Virus record (IMG/VR): IMGVR_UViG_3300049982_000333
Span: 1 to 54,478 of that record
Length of the DNA stretch: 54,478 bases
DNA from: a virus
Taxonomy: Duplodnaviria > Caudoviricetes
Direction: 5' to 3' (one strand)
In this document: positions 25,602 through 35,490 of the stretch, one piece after another
Layout: each line of letters starts with the position of its first letter
Numbering within the stretch: position 1 is the first letter of the stretch
The notes under the pieces: model-generated
Told to the model about the DNA's origin: nothing
Database searches by the model: none
The model's input: the letters and a program-made list of their open reading frames with translations, nothing else
Position numbers and translations under genes: made by a program

Positions 25602-27143
25602 GTGGCTCTCACCGCGTGGGAGCACTGCGCAGCCCAGTTCGCCCCCAGGAAGCGCAGGTGGCCGAGCCCGGGGGCAATGGCCACCGAGCTGGACCGCACC
25701 CATCGCCAGACGGTGATGCTGGACCTGTTCGACCGCGAGCTCGTCGAGCTGTTCGACGGGACCGACAACCGCAACCTGATGATCTTCTGCCCGCCGCAGG
25801 AGGGCAAGTCCCAGAAGGTGTCCCGCCGCACCCCGGCGTGGCTGTTGGCGCACGATCCGACGCTGCGGATCGCGATCGTCTCCTACGCGGGCGACAAGGC
25901 AGTGCGGTGGGGCCGGCAGATCCTCCGGGACATCCGCGCCCATCCCGAGCTCGGCATCACCTTGCGCAAGGACGCCCAAGCGGCGGGCCGGTGGGAGACC
26001 GAGCAGGGCGGCAGTCTGATCTGCGTCGGCATCTCCGGCGGCATCACCGGCGAGCCCGTCGACGTGCTCATCATCGACGACCCTGTCGAGGGCCGCGCGG
26101 AGGCCGAGTCGGCGACCTACCGGCGACAGGCGTGGGACTGGTGGGAGTCCAACGGATCCACGCGTCTCTCCTCCCGCGGCCGGGTCCTGCTGATGATGAC
26201 CCGCTGGCACGAGGACGACCTGGCGGGCCGGCTGCTCGCCCGCGAGCCGAAAGAGTGGCGAGTGATCAGCGTCCCAGCGATCGCCGGCGACGGCGACCCG
26301 CTGGGCCGCCGCCCGGGCCAGGAGCTCATCTCCGTGCAGAGGCGCCGTCCGCGCTACTTCTACGGGTTGAAGGAGCGCCGATCGGCGTACGCCTTCAACA
26401 GCATCTACCAGCAGGCGCCCGTCCCGGCTGAGGGGAACCTGTTCAGGCGGTCTGATTTCCGGTACTGGCATCCGTTGCCCGCCGACCCGTCCAGGCATGG
26501 CGTGCTGGGTGGTAGCCGCATCGACGTCGCCGGCAGGGCTGTGTCGCTGGAGGACTGCTGGCGGTTCCTCACCGTCGACCTTGCCGCGTCCGTGCGGACG
26601 TCGGCGGACTGGACCGTCGCGTCGGCGTGGGCGATCTCTCCGGACGGCGACCTCATCCTGCTGGACCGGGCCCGGGCGCGGATCGAAGAGGGAGAGCACT
26701 GGGACCTGGTGCGGCCGCTGAAGGAGCGGTGGGTCGCGGACACCGTGTTCGTGGAGTCCGCGTTCATCGGCACAACGTTCGTGATCGACGCGGTCGCGTC
26801 CGGGGTGCCGGTGCAGCCGCTGACCGCGGACACCGACAAGCTCACCCGCGCTCTGCCGGCGGCGTCGCGGGTGAAGCAGCACCGGGTGTGGTTCCCGGCC
26901 GCCGCGGGCTGGCTGGACGTGTGGTGTGACGAGCTCGCGAGCTTCCCGACGGCGGCGCATGACGACCAGGTGGACACCCTGGCGTATGCGGCGCGGGTGC
27001 GGTCCGCGCACTGGCTGGCGCAGGAACCTGCGGCGCAGGCCGGCGCCCGCCGCGGCTCGTCCGAGCAGAGTGCGATCGAGCAGGCGTACACCGCGGCCAC
27101 CGGCGGCGACTCGGGGTTGGACTTCATGTCGATCGACTACTGA
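25602..27143 (+). CDS. terL: Terminase large subunit
   Basis: PPQEGKS Walker A, LIIDDP Walker B, MTRWHEDDL, YQQAP, TVDLA, HDDQVD nuclease motif. Confidence 0.95.
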   Translation: MALTAWEHCAAQFAPRKRRWPSPGAMATELDRTHRQTVMLDLFDRELVELFDGTDNRNLMIFCPPQEGKSQKVSRRTPAWLLAHDPTLRIAIVSYAGDKAVRWGRQILRDIRAHPELGITLRKDAQAAGRWETEQGGSLICVGISGGITGEPVDVLIIDDPVEGRAEAESATYRRQAWDWWESNGSTRLSSRGRVLLMMTRWHEDDLAGRLLAREPKEWRVISVPAIAGDGDPLGRRPGQELISVQRRRPRYFYGLKERRSAYAFNSIYQQAPVPAEGNLFRRSDFRYWHPLPADPSRHGVLGGSRIDVAGRAVSLEDCWRFLTVDLAASVRTSADWTVASAWAISPDGDLILLDRARARIEEGEHWDLVRPLKERWVADTVFVESAFIGTTFVIDAVASGVPVQPLTADTDKLTRALPAASRVKQHRVWFPAAAGWLDVWCDELASFPTAAHDDQVDTLAYAARVRSAHWLAQEPAAQAGARRGSSEQSAIEQAYTAATGGDSGLDFMSIDY

Positions 27144-27155
27144 GCGGGGGTTGCC

Positions 27156-27398
27156 ATGGCCAAGCTCCGCCCGATCACCATGCCCGTGGTGCTGCGCATC
27201 GGGGGCACCGAAGCGGAGATCGGCGAGATCGAGGTGCCGCTCACCATCCGCCGGGGGGCCGCCGTCCCGCTACCGGACGGGTCGGTCGAACTTCCCGTCG
27301 TCGCAGATCTGGACGGGGAGGAGCTGCGACGACGCATCGCGGGCTTCCTTCGTGGGGTCGCTGCCGTGATTGAGAGGGCTCCCGCCGATGGCGAGTAG
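27156..27398 (+). CDS. Hypothetical protein
   Basis: ORF between terL and portal. Confidence 0.55.
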   Translation: MAKLRPITMPVVLRIGGTEAEIGEIEVPLTIRRGAAVPLPDGSVELPVVADLDGEELRRRIAGFLRGVAAVIERAPADGE

Positions 27399-29502
27399 GG
27401 CTCCCACCCGGGACATCGGGCACCTCGACGTCGACTACGGGCTGTGGCTGGGCGAGCTGCTGGAGATCATCCCGGACCTGATCTGGCCGAGGTCCGTGGA
27501 GACCTACTCCAGGATGCGGTTCGACCCGCAGCTGACCGGGGTCCTGTCGTCCTACACGCTGCCGATCAGGAGAGCGACGTGGGCCGTCGACCCGGCCGGG
27601 TGCCGCGACGAGGTCGTGCAGATCGTCGCCGATGACCTGGGCCTGCCGATCCTCGGGGTCGACGAGAAGCCGGGCCCGGCGCGCCGGCGCGGTGTGCGCT
27701 GGGCCGAGCACCTGCGCCTGGCCCTGCTCAGCCTGACGTTCGGGTTCATGCCGTTCGAGCGGCGCTACGAGATCCGCAAAGGCCAGGCGCGGCTGGTCAA
27801 CCTCGGCGAGCGGATGCCGCACACGGTGTCCGACATCAAGCTCACCCGGGACGGCAACGTCGAGTCGATCTCCCAGGACACCATCGCCTCCGCACCCATC
27901 CCCGCTGAGCGGCTCGTCTGGTACGTCCACGAGCGGGAGGGCTCCAACTGGGCCGGCCGGTCCACCATGCGCGCGGCGTACGGGCCGTGGTTGCTCAAGC
28001 ATGAGATCTGGCGGGTGCATGCCACCTCGCTGCGCCGGTTCGGGATGGGGATCCCGAACGTCGAGGCGCCGGCTGGGGGCACGCCCGCGCAGGTCCAGGA
28101 GGCGCAGCGGCTGGCCTCGGCGATGCGGGTGGGCGACACGTCTGGGATCGGCCTCCCGCCGGGGTTCAAGGTCGCGATCTCCGGGATGACCGGCACCGTC
28201 CCCGACGCGCTGGCGTTCATCCACTATCTCGACCAGCAGATGAGCCGTCAGGCTTTGGCTGGTCTGATGGACCTGGGCGATACCAGCAACGGTTCCCGCG
28301 CGCTCGGCGAGTCGTTCCTCGACCTGTTCCTCCTCAGCTTGCAGGCGATCGCTGACCAGGTCGCCGACGTGGCCACCTCCGGCCACACCGGGATGCCGGG
28401 CATCGTCACCAACCTGGTCGATCTGAACTGGGGCGAGGACGAGGCGGCTCCCAAGGTCGTCGCGACCGACGTGGGAACGCGGAACGAGGCCACCGCGCAG
28501 GCGCTGCAGCTGCTGATCTCCTCCGGGGCGATCACCCCTGACCCGGAGCTCGAAGCCTTTGTGCGCCAGGGGTGGCGCCTCCCGGAGAAGTCGAAGGACG
28601 TCCCCCCGCCCGCGCCTGCTCCCGCGCCGGCGCTGCCGCCCGGCACACCGCCGCCTGCTCCCGCGCCTGCTCCCGCGCCGGCGCAGGCACGGCGCCGTAG
28701 CTCTCCCGCCCCGGCACGGCGGCAACGGGCACGCGCCGCCAAGCCCGACCATCGGCGCCAGATGACGCTGGATGAGGCACAGACCGGCGTCGACCCCGAT
28801 GCCATCCAGTCCCTGTGGGAGCAAGCGCTGGAGGCGCTCCTGGCCGCGTGGGACGCGATCTCGCAGGCGTGGCGCGACGCGCTGGCCAAACTCGTCAAGG
28901 CCGCGGTCGACGACGGCGACCTGCCCGCGCTCGCGCACATGGACCTCGACTCAACAGACGCCGACCAGCTGCTCACCGACGCCATGGTCGCGCTGGCCGA
29001 GGCCTCGGCGCAGCAGATGGCAGACGAGGCCGCCACCCAGCAGGTGGAGGTGGAGCCGCCGCCGGTCGACGAGGACCACCTGGGCGGGATCTCCGCCGCG
29101 CTGGCCATGCTGCTCGCCGGGTGGCTGGCGGGGGCGGCCGCGCGGGAGGCGCTGCGCCTGGCCGTGCCCGGCGCTGACGGCGGGCAGGTCGCGGCCGCCG
29201 TGACGGGCCACCTGGAGGGGTTGTCGGACGGCTTCCTGGCGGAGCAGCTCGGCGGCGCGCTGTCGACCGCGCAGATGTCGGGCCGGTTCGCCGTGCTCGA
29301 GGCCGCCCCGACGGCGCAGTACTCCGCGCTGGAGGTCCTCGACTCCAACACGTGTGCCCAGTGCGCGGAGATCGACGGCACGGCGTTCAACGACCTGGCG
29401 GCCGCCGAGGCGGCGTACGCGTCGGGCGGCTACATCGACTGCCAGGGCCGGCTGCGCTGCCGCGGCACAGTCATCGCTTTGTGGAACCAGGAGGACCCGT
29501 GA
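27388..29502 (+). CDS. Portal protein (Mu gp29/DUF935-like) fused to a MuF-like minor head domain
   Basis: Position after terL; RRFGMGIP, GSRALG motifs; Pro/Ala linker; C-terminal DSNTCAQC...CQGRLRCRG. Confidence 0.85.
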   Translation: MASRAPTRDIGHLDVDYGLWLGELLEIIPDLIWPRSVETYSRMRFDPQLTGVLSSYTLPIRRATWAVDPAGCRDEVVQIVADDLGLPILGVDEKPGPARRRGVRWAEHLRLALLSLTFGFMPFERRYEIRKGQARLVNLGERMPHTVSDIKLTRDGNVESISQDTIASAPIPAERLVWYVHEREGSNWAGRSTMRAAYGPWLLKHEIWRVHATSLRRFGMGIPNVEAPAGGTPAQVQEAQRLASAMRVGDTSGIGLPPGFKVAISGMTGTVPDALAFIHYLDQQMSRQALAGLMDLGDTSNGSRALGESFLDLFLLSLQAIADQVADVATSGHTGMPGIVTNLVDLNWGEDEAAPKVVATDVGTRNEATAQALQLLISSGAITPDPELEAFVRQGWRLPEKSKDVPPPAPAPAPALPPGTPPPAPAPAPAPAQARRRSSPAPARRQRARAAKPDHRRQMTLDEAQTGVDPDAIQSLWEQALEALLAAWDAISQAWRDALAKLVKAAVDDGDLPALAHMDLDSTDADQLLTDAMVALAEASAQQMADEAATQQVEVEPPPVDEDHLGGISAALAMLLAGWLAGAAAREALRLAVPGADGGQVAAAVTGHLEGLSDGFLAEQLGGALSTAQMSGRFAVLEAAPTAQYSALEVLDSNTCAQCAEIDGTAFNDLAAAEAAYASGGYIDCQGRLRCRGTVIALWNQEDP

Positions 29503-30764
29503 GGTTGAGAACCGCGCGCCCGCGCGCCCAACTAGCTGAGGGGCGTACCGATTGGTACCGCATCCAGAACGCGGCCGGCGACGGCGGCCCCGCGGAAGTG
29601 TTCATCTATGACGAGATCAGCTGGTGGGGCATCTCGGCGCAGGCCTTCGCCAGCGAATTGAAGGCGATCACCGCCAGCGAGATCCACCTGCGGATCAACT
29701 CCCCCGGCGGGGACGTGTTCGACGGGATCGCGATCCACAACCTGTTGCGGTCGCACGCCGCCCGTGTCACGACCTACGTGGACTCGCTGGCGGCTTCGAT
29801 CGCCTCGGTCATTGCGCTGGCCGGCGACAAGGTCATCATGCAGCAGCACTCGCAGATGATGATCCACAACCCGTGGGGCATGTCCATCGGCGACGCCAAC
29901 GACATGCGGGACGCGGCGGTTCGCCTGGACCGGCTGTCCGACACCATCGCCGGCGTCTACGCCGAGCGTGCCAGCGCGCCCGTTGCCTACTGGCGCGACC
30001 TGATGGGCGCCGAGACGTGGTTCTCCGCCGAGGAGGCGGTGACAGCGGGCCTGGCCGATGAGGTCGCGCCGCAGCGCACCCCGAGCGGCGACGACGCCGG
30101 CGGCGGCATCCCGGCGGCGCAGAACTCCTGGGACCTGAGCATCTTCCGCTACGCGGGGCGCGAGAACGCCCCTGCGCCTGTCCTGGCCCTCGCTGGCCAG
30201 GCACCGAAAACTCCCCCGGCCGGGCCGGCCGCGGGGCCAACCGATGAGGAGGAGGACAGCATGTCCACTCTGAGCGAGGGCCTGCGTGAGCGGCTCGGCA
30301 TCGATGACGCCGAGCTCGACGAAGACGCCCTGCTCGCCGCGCTTGACGAGGCACTCGCCGAGCGCGCCGACCCCGACCAGCCTGCCGGAGAGCCTGCCAC
30401 CGCGGCGGCGTCCCTGCCGGAGGGCACCGTCGCGATCGACGAGGCGACCTTGGCGGAGCTGCGCGAGCAGGCCGCCCAGGGCGTCGCCGCCCGCGCCCGG
30501 CAGCTCACCGAGGACCGTGACCGCGCCATCAAGGACGCCATCAGGGAGGGCAAGACGCCGCCGGCCCGGCGCGAGCACTGGGAGAAGTCGTGGGCGGCCG
30601 ACCCCGACGGCACCCGGGACCTGCTCGCGTCCCTGGCCCCCGGCCTGGTGCCGCTGGAGGACCTCGGTGAACCCGGAGGCGAGGACACCTCCTCGTCCGC
30701 CGAGGACGCCGAGTACGACGCGCTGTTCAGCCGTCCGGCTGCGGCCAGCGGAAAGGATGCCTGA
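29499..30764 (+). CDS. ClpP-like prohead protease with C-terminal scaffold
   Basis: INSPGGDVFDG, LAASIASVI, MMIHNPW, ETWFSAEEAV. Confidence 0.92.
   Translation: MRLRTARPRAQLAEGRTDWYRIQNAAGDGGPAEVFIYDEISWWGISAQAFASELKAITASEIHLRINSPGGDVFDGIAIHNLLRSHAARVTTYVDSLAASIASVIALAGDKVIMQQHSQMMIHNPWGMSIGDANDMRDAAVRLDRLSDTIAGVYAERASAPVAYWRDLMGAETWFSAEEAVTAGLADEVAPQRTPSGDDAGGGIPAAQNSWDLSIFRYAGRENAPAPVLALAGQAPKTPPAGPAAGPTDEEEDSMSTLSEGLRERLGIDDAELDEDALLAALDEALAERADPDQPAGEPATAAASLPEGTVAIDEATLAELREQAAQGVAARARQLTEDRDRAIKDAIREGKTPPARREHWEKSWAADPDGTRDLLASLAPGLVPLEDLGEPGGEDTSSSAEDAEYDALFSRPAAASGKDA
30261..30764 (+). CDS. Nested in-frame scaffolding protein
   Basis: Internal GAGGAGGAGG RBS before in-frame ATG 30261; acidic helical sequence. 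Confidence 0.65.
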   Translation: MSTLSEGLRERLGIDDAELDEDALLAALDEALAERADPDQPAGEPATAAASLPEGTVAIDEATLAELREQAAQGVAARARQLTEDRDRAIKDAIREGKTPPARREHWEKSWAADPDGTRDLLASLAPGLVPLEDLGEPGGEDTSSSAEDAEYDALFSRPAAASGKDA

Positions 30765-30767
30765 CCC

Positions 30768-31169
30768 ATGGGCGACTACACACCGGTTTACAGCCCGGGC
30801 ACCGCGATCACCCTGACGGCGTCGGCTGCCATCGTCGGGGGCCAGCTCGTCGAGGTGTCCGGCGTCAACTCCGTCGCGCCGACGGCGGGTGCCACCCCGT
30901 CGGTCAAGGTCGTCGGCGTTGCCGCGTTCGACGCCTCCTCAGGTAGCCGGGTCACCATCCACGGTCGCGGCCAGGTCCACGAGACCACCGCGAGCGGCGC
31001 GATCACGGCCGGCGATCAGCTGGTGTCCGGGGTGGTCGCCGGAACCGTGAAGACGGCCCCGGCCGTCACTACCCCCACCGCGGCCGACGTCACCACCACG
31101 CGTGCCGTCGTCGGCATCGCTCTCACCACGGCGGCCGACACGGCACTGGTCCGCTGGATGGAGGTCTAA
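30768..31169 (+). CDS. Capsid decoration/cement protein (DUF2190-like)
   Basis: ITLTASAAIVGGQLV...VVGVAAFDA...GAITAGD; position before the capsid gene. Confidence 0.75.
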   Translation: MGDYTPVYSPGTAITLTASAAIVGGQLVEVSGVNSVAPTAGATPSVKVVGVAAFDASSGSRVTIHGRGQVHETTASGAITAGDQLVSGVVAGTVKTAPAVTTPTAADVTTTRAVVGIALTTAADTALVRWMEV

Positions 31170-31173
31170 TCCC

Positions 31174-32112
31174 ATGCCCGGTACCTACCCTGCGGGACCC
31201 CCGACGCTGTCTGGGGACCTGCTCACCATTCACCGGCTGCTGCAGTCGCCCACGCAGATCCGGCGGCGGCTGCGCACCTTCACTGACCTCAGGTTTGTCA
31301 GCGACAAAATCTTGACCCAGCGGTTCCGGACGTCCGGCGGCGCGATCAGCTACGAGGTTTCCGAGCCGATCGTCAACACCCGGACCCCGGAGGCGGTCGC
31401 CGCTGGAGCCGAGTACCCGCAGGACGTCCCGAAGATGGGCGCGGGCGCGCTCGCCGCAGTCCAGAAGTGGGGCCAGTCGGTGCCGCTGACCGATGAGGAG
31501 ATCAAGCGCAGCGTCTACGCCGGCGACATCGTCGACCGGGCGCTGCGCAAGGTCATCAACACGGTCATCAAGCAGGTCGACGCGGTCACCACGTCCGCCA
31601 TCGGCTCGGCGATCACCGCGACCATCGCGGCCGTCGGCACCGGTGCCAACCGCTGGACGGCGGAGTCCACGGCCAGGATCCTGCGGGACGTCGAGCTGGC
31701 GAAGGCGGCGGTGATCGACCTGAACCAGGGCTACATGCCGGACACGCTGCTGCTGTCGAGCACCAAGTACGCGTTGATGGCCAGCGATCAGACGGTCGCG
31801 TCGCTGCGTCGCAGGGAGACCACCGACAACCCGATCTACACCGGGAAGATCGACGTCATCGACGACCTGGTGGTCGTCACCGCGCCGCTGTCGTCGCTGC
31901 CGTCGGACGACGTGTGGGTTCTGGACTCCCAGCAGCTCGGCGGCATGGCCGATGAGGCCGAGCTGGACCCGGGATACACCGTGGGGTCCATGGCGGTCCA
32001 GGTGCAGTCCGATCGGATCAAGCGCCGGGACAAGTGGGACATGTGGGGTCGCAGGCTCACGGTTCCCGTGGTCCAGGAGCCGGGCGCAGGCATCAAGATC
32101 ACGAACACGTGA
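31174..32112 (+). CDS. Major capsid protein
   Basis: Position, size, VAAGAEYP, KWGQSVPLTDE, PVVQEPGA. Confidence 0.88.
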   Translation: MPGTYPAGPPTLSGDLLTIHRLLQSPTQIRRRLRTFTDLRFVSDKILTQRFRTSGGAISYEVSEPIVNTRTPEAVAAGAEYPQDVPKMGAGALAAVQKWGQSVPLTDEEIKRSVYAGDIVDRALRKVINTVIKQVDAVTTSAIGSAITATIAAVGTGANRWTAESTARILRDVELAKAAVIDLNQGYMPDTLLLSSTKYALMASDQTVASLRRRETTDNPIYTGKIDVIDDLVVVTAPLSSLPSDDVWVLDSQQLGGMADEAELDPGYTVGSMAVQVQSDRIKRRDKWDMWGRRLTVPVVQEPGAGIKITNT

Positions 32113-32123
32113 GGGGTCGCGTC

Positions 32124-32480
32124 ATGAGGAACTACCGGGTGACCGCGGCGTGCGTCGTGCACGTCCCGATCGCGACGCAGGCCGGTCATGCTCTGGGCAC
32201 GCTGTACCGGGACGCGGTGTTCACCGGCGACCCCGACAGCGAGAAAGTTCGGCACCTGCTGGCCAGCGACATGATCGAAGAGATCGGTGGCGACGGTCAG
32301 CCTGTTGTCACAGAGCCCGACGACCCGGCCGCCGACTCCGGGTCGCAGCCGCCGCAGGTGGTCACCTCCCGGTCCAACAAGGCCGACCTGGTGGCCTACG
32401 GCGTCGCCCAGGGCGACGACCGCGCCGAGCTCGAGGCGCTCAACCGCGAGCAGCTGCTCGACAAGTACGTCCGCTCCTGA
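32124..32480 (+). CDS. Head-associated hypothetical protein
   Basis: C-terminal KADLVAYGVAQG...LNREQLL small helical motif; position. Confidence 0.6.
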   Translation: MRNYRVTAACVVHVPIATQAGHALGTLYRDAVFTGDPDSEKVRHLLASDMIEEIGGDGQPVVTEPDDPAADSGSQPPQVVTSRSNKADLVAYGVAQGDDRAELEALNREQLLDKYVRS

Positions 32481-32548
32481 TGGGCGTGCCCGGCGCCGGC
32501 TCCTTCCCACCCCCGGCGCCGGGCCACCACCAACCGTAGGGAGGGACA

Positions 32549-32995
32549 TTGGCCGAGCTCTGGACACCGACCCTGGAGCAGGTCGCCGACCACATCCCCA
32601 CCCGCACCCGCGACGCGTCAACCCCGGGCAGCGACACGCTGCTCGGCACGTTCACCGCGCAGACCACGCCGACCTCCGAGCAGGCCATCCGCCAAATTAA
32701 GGCGGCCGTCAATGAGGTCCTGTCGCAGGTCGGCGGCACTGTCCCTACCACTCCGGCGTACCTGCAGCTCATGGCGTCGCAGGCCGCCTCGTTGCGGGCC
32801 GCAGCAGATATCGAACTGGCCTACCCCGACCGTCAGGCCGACATCAGCACAGCCCAGCAGCTCGACCAGCGCGCCAAGGATGCCCTGGCCGCGCTGAAAG
32901 AGGCGATCAACGACGTCGGGTCGGGGACCGAGGGGTCGCTGCTGCCGCAGTATGCGTTCCCCGATCCGCCCTGGTGGGGCGACTTCCCCCTGTGA
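32549..32995 (+). CDS. Head-to-tail adaptor
   Basis: Synteny; GGAGGGA RBS with TTG start. Confidence 0.6.
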   Translation: MAELWTPTLEQVADHIPTRTRDASTPGSDTLLGTFTAQTTPTSEQAIRQIKAAVNEVLSQVGGTVPTTPAYLQLMASQAASLRAAADIELAYPDRQADISTAQQLDQRAKDALAALKEAINDVGSGTEGSLLPQYAFPDPPWWGDFPL

Positions 32996-33007
32996 GGAGG
33001 CGCACCG

Positions 33008-33457
33008 ATGGCGTCTGGTGACTACCGTCTGGTCTTTAACGAACGCGAAGTCGAGGAGCTGCTGCGCGGTCCCAACGGCGCGGTAGCGCGCATGATGGCC
33101 GCGAAGGCGGAGGTCGTCGCCGAGGGTCAGCGGCGCCGTTGCCCCGTCTCCCGGGACGGCTCCCACGGCCGCCCGCCCGGCTACATGCGCTCCAAGATCG
33201 GGTGGGCGATGTACCGGGATGAGCGTGGCCTGTACTTCGAGGCCGGTTCCTCGGCGCGCACCCCGGACGGCAAGCCCTACCCGCTGTACGTGGAGTACGG
33301 CACCCGGCCCCACGTGATCCGGCCGAAACGGCCTGACGGCACGCTGCATTGGGTCGGCAACGACGGCATGTCCCACTTCGCCAAGCAGGTCCACCATCCG
33401 GGCACCCGGGCTCAGCCGTTCATGCGGCCGTCGCTCGACGACATCCGGGGGGCGTGA
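33008..33457 (+). CDS. HK97 gp10-like neck protein
   Basis: YVEYGTRPHVIRPK...VHHPGTRAQPFMRP. Confidence 0.8.
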   Translation: MASGDYRLVFNEREVEELLRGPNGAVARMMAAKAEVVAEGQRRRCPVSRDGSHGRPPGYMRSKIGWAMYRDERGLYFEAGSSARTPDGKPYPLYVEYGTRPHVIRPKRPDGTLHWVGNDGMSHFAKQVHHPGTRAQPFMRPSLDDIRGA

Positions 33458-33460
33458 CCG

Positions 33461-33874
33461 GTGCCGGCCGTAGCGGCTGTCACGGCCGTACGGGCGTGGC
33501 TGAACGGCCGGGACGACCTGGTAGGGGAAGGTAACGCGTTCCCGCTCGGCGCCCACCGGGCGCTGCTCCGGTCCCCCGGGCAAGGCGCCTACGTCCTGCT
33601 GTCCCGCGTTGGCGGCGGCCCTGGACTCACCGCGGAGGACGGCGTCGACCGGGCCCGCATCTCCGCCTCGGTGTACGCGGGGACCGACGAGGCCGCAGAG
33701 AACGCGGCCACCGCCTACCGCAACGCCGTGGAGGGCCTGTCCGGGGCCCCGGCGCCGATGGGCACCGCCCAATGCCTGGTGGCCGACAACATCAGCGGCC
33801 CGCTGCTGATCGACCAGCACGCCGCCGGCGACCAGTTCGTGTACGCGGTCGACGCGGACTTCTACCTGATCTGA
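33461..33874 (+). CDS. Tail terminator/completion protein
   Basis: Synteny; SRVGGG...RISASVYA pattern. Confidence 0.65.
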   Translation: MPAVAAVTAVRAWLNGRDDLVGEGNAFPLGAHRALLRSPGQGAYVLLSRVGGGPGLTAEDGVDRARISASVYAGTDEAAENAATAYRNAVEGLSGAPAPMGTAQCLVADNISGPLLIDQHAAGDQFVYAVDADFYLI

Positions 33875-33887
33875 CCTGGAGGAGCTC

Positions 33888-34217
33888 ATGGCGGCACTGC
33901 AAACGCAGGTGCTTGTGCCCGGCGGTGCGAACGGCCCGCTGGCGGCCGCGACCACCGGCGGAGACACCTGCGCGCCCGGCGACGGCGTGTTTCTAGAGGT
34001 GAACAACGCCAACGCCGCCGCTCGTACGGTGAACCTGGCGACCCCCGGAGTGGTGGAGGGCCTGGCCATCGCTGACCGGGCGGTGACCATCCCGCCCGGG
34101 GAGCGTTGGAAGATCCCGCTGCCCGCCCGGCTGTACGCCAAGGCGGACGGGCAATGCGACATCACCTACACCCCCGACGCGGCCAGCGTCACCGTCGGCG
34201 TGTTCAAGGTCGCATGA
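33888..34217 (+). CDS. Hypothetical virion protein
   Basis: GGAGGAG RBS; beta-rich. Confidence 0.65.
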   Translation: MAALQTQVLVPGGANGPLAAATTGGDTCAPGDGVFLEVNNANAAARTVNLATPGVVEGLAIADRAVTIPPGERWKIPLPARLYAKADGQCDITYTPDAASVTVGVFKVA

Positions 34218-34462
34218 TGGCCCGCCCCGACAAGCCGGCCACCACCGCCGCCCCAGCTGAGCAGCCCGCGCCGGCGTACTACATCGCCGACGAGCCCCTG
34301 TTCATCGGCATCGCCCGGGCCCACAACCCCGGGGACCTGGTGCCCGCCGATCACGTCGAGCGGTACGGCTGGCGCGACAAGGTCCACCCGCCCGAGTCCC
34401 CCACGACCGAGCCTGTAACCGCGAGCGGCCAGGCCCCCACCGAAGGAGAAGGTGACGCCTGA
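34214..34462 (+). CDS. Hypothetical protein
   Basis: Overlapping start/stop on both sides. Confidence 0.55.
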   Translation: MMARPDKPATTAAPAEQPAPAYYIADEPLFIGIARAHNPGDLVPADHVERYGWRDKVHPPESPTTEPVTASGQAPTEGEGDA

Positions 34463-35016
34463 TGCCTCGTGGCACGCCCGGCCAGGTCGCGCTCGGCCCC
34501 GGCTACCTCTACATTGCGATCCTCGGCACGGCGGAGCCTGCCGACCTGACCACGCCGTGGGCGAGCGTGTCGCCGAACTGGATCACGCTCGGTTACACGG
34601 CCGAAGGGTCGGAGTTCACCTACAAGCCGAACGTCGACAAGGTCGAGGTGGCCGAAGAGCTCGACCCCATCCAATACGCCATCACCGGCCGCGACCTGGC
34701 CGTCAAGTTCGCCATGGCGCAGATCACCGCGAACAACATGAAAAGGGCGCTTAACGGGGGCACGATCACCACCGGGTCGGGATTCGTCACCTTCGAGCCG
34801 CCTGACCTGGGCGCGGAGGTCAGGCAGATGATCGGCTGGGAGTCCGAAGACCACCAGGAGAGGTGGGTCTGGCGGCAGTGCTTCCAACAGGGCGAGATCT
34901 CCATCGCTCGCAAAAAGGGTTCGGACAAGGCCACGATCCCGGTCGAGTTCACGTTGGAGAAGCCCGCCGGCGCGGCCCCGTTCAAAGCGATGTTCTTGAG
35001 TCCTGGGAGGCTCTAA
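34462..35016 (+). CDS. Major tail (tube) protein
   Basis: GPGYLYIA...WITLGYTAEGSEF...IPVEFTL; synteny. Confidence 0.85.
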   Translation: MPRGTPGQVALGPGYLYIAILGTAEPADLTTPWASVSPNWITLGYTAEGSEFTYKPNVDKVEVAEELDPIQYAITGRDLAVKFAMAQITANNMKRALNGGTITTGSGFVTFEPPDLGAEVRQMIGWESEDHQERWVWRQCFQQGEISIARKKGSDKATIPVEFTLEKPAGAAPFKAMFLSPGRL

Positions 35017-35490
35017 ATGGCGATGCGCTCCTACACCTCCTCTCCTCGTGAACGATCCGAGGAGATCAAATTCGAGCTCGACGGCGTGAAGTTCGTCGCC
35101 GAGGGGAACCTTTCATCGGTCGACGCCAGCGAGTTCGCCCGCATGGCCACCCAAGGCGTCGATTCCACGAACCCCGAAGGCGCGGCAATCGTCGCGGACA
35201 TCCTGTTGTCGACTCTGGGAGAGAGCACCTACCAGCAGTTCCGCCGCCACTGCCGGGTGCATCGGACCGACGACGAGACGCTGATGGCGGTCATCGGTGA
35301 CCTGCTGAGCGACTTCATGAAGCGCCCTACCAGCAGGCCCTCGGACTTCTCCGATGGGCCGCCGACCATGGCGGGTACGTCAACGGTCGTCTCCTTCTCT
35401 CGGGGCACCGTCACGACGGGGCCGGCGACGGCGACCCCGCAGGAGCCGGAGGAGCCGGAGTCGGAGCCGAGGGTCGTCACGTACGGCTGA
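35017..35490 (+). CDS. Tail assembly chaperone (G)
   Basis: Between tail tube and tape measure; RPT motif. Confidence 0.8.
   Translation: MAMRSYTSSPRERSEEIKFELDGVKFVAEGNLSSVDASEFARMATQGVDSTNPEGAAIVADILLSTLGESTYQQFRRHCRVHRTDDETLMAVIGDLLSDFMKRPTSRPSDFSDGPPTMAGTSTVVSFSRGTVTTGPATATPQEPEEPESEPRVVTYG

Noticed and set aside
28609-28684. 25-bp direct repeat in the portal gene
   Set aside because: Explained by the low-complexity PAPAPA linker
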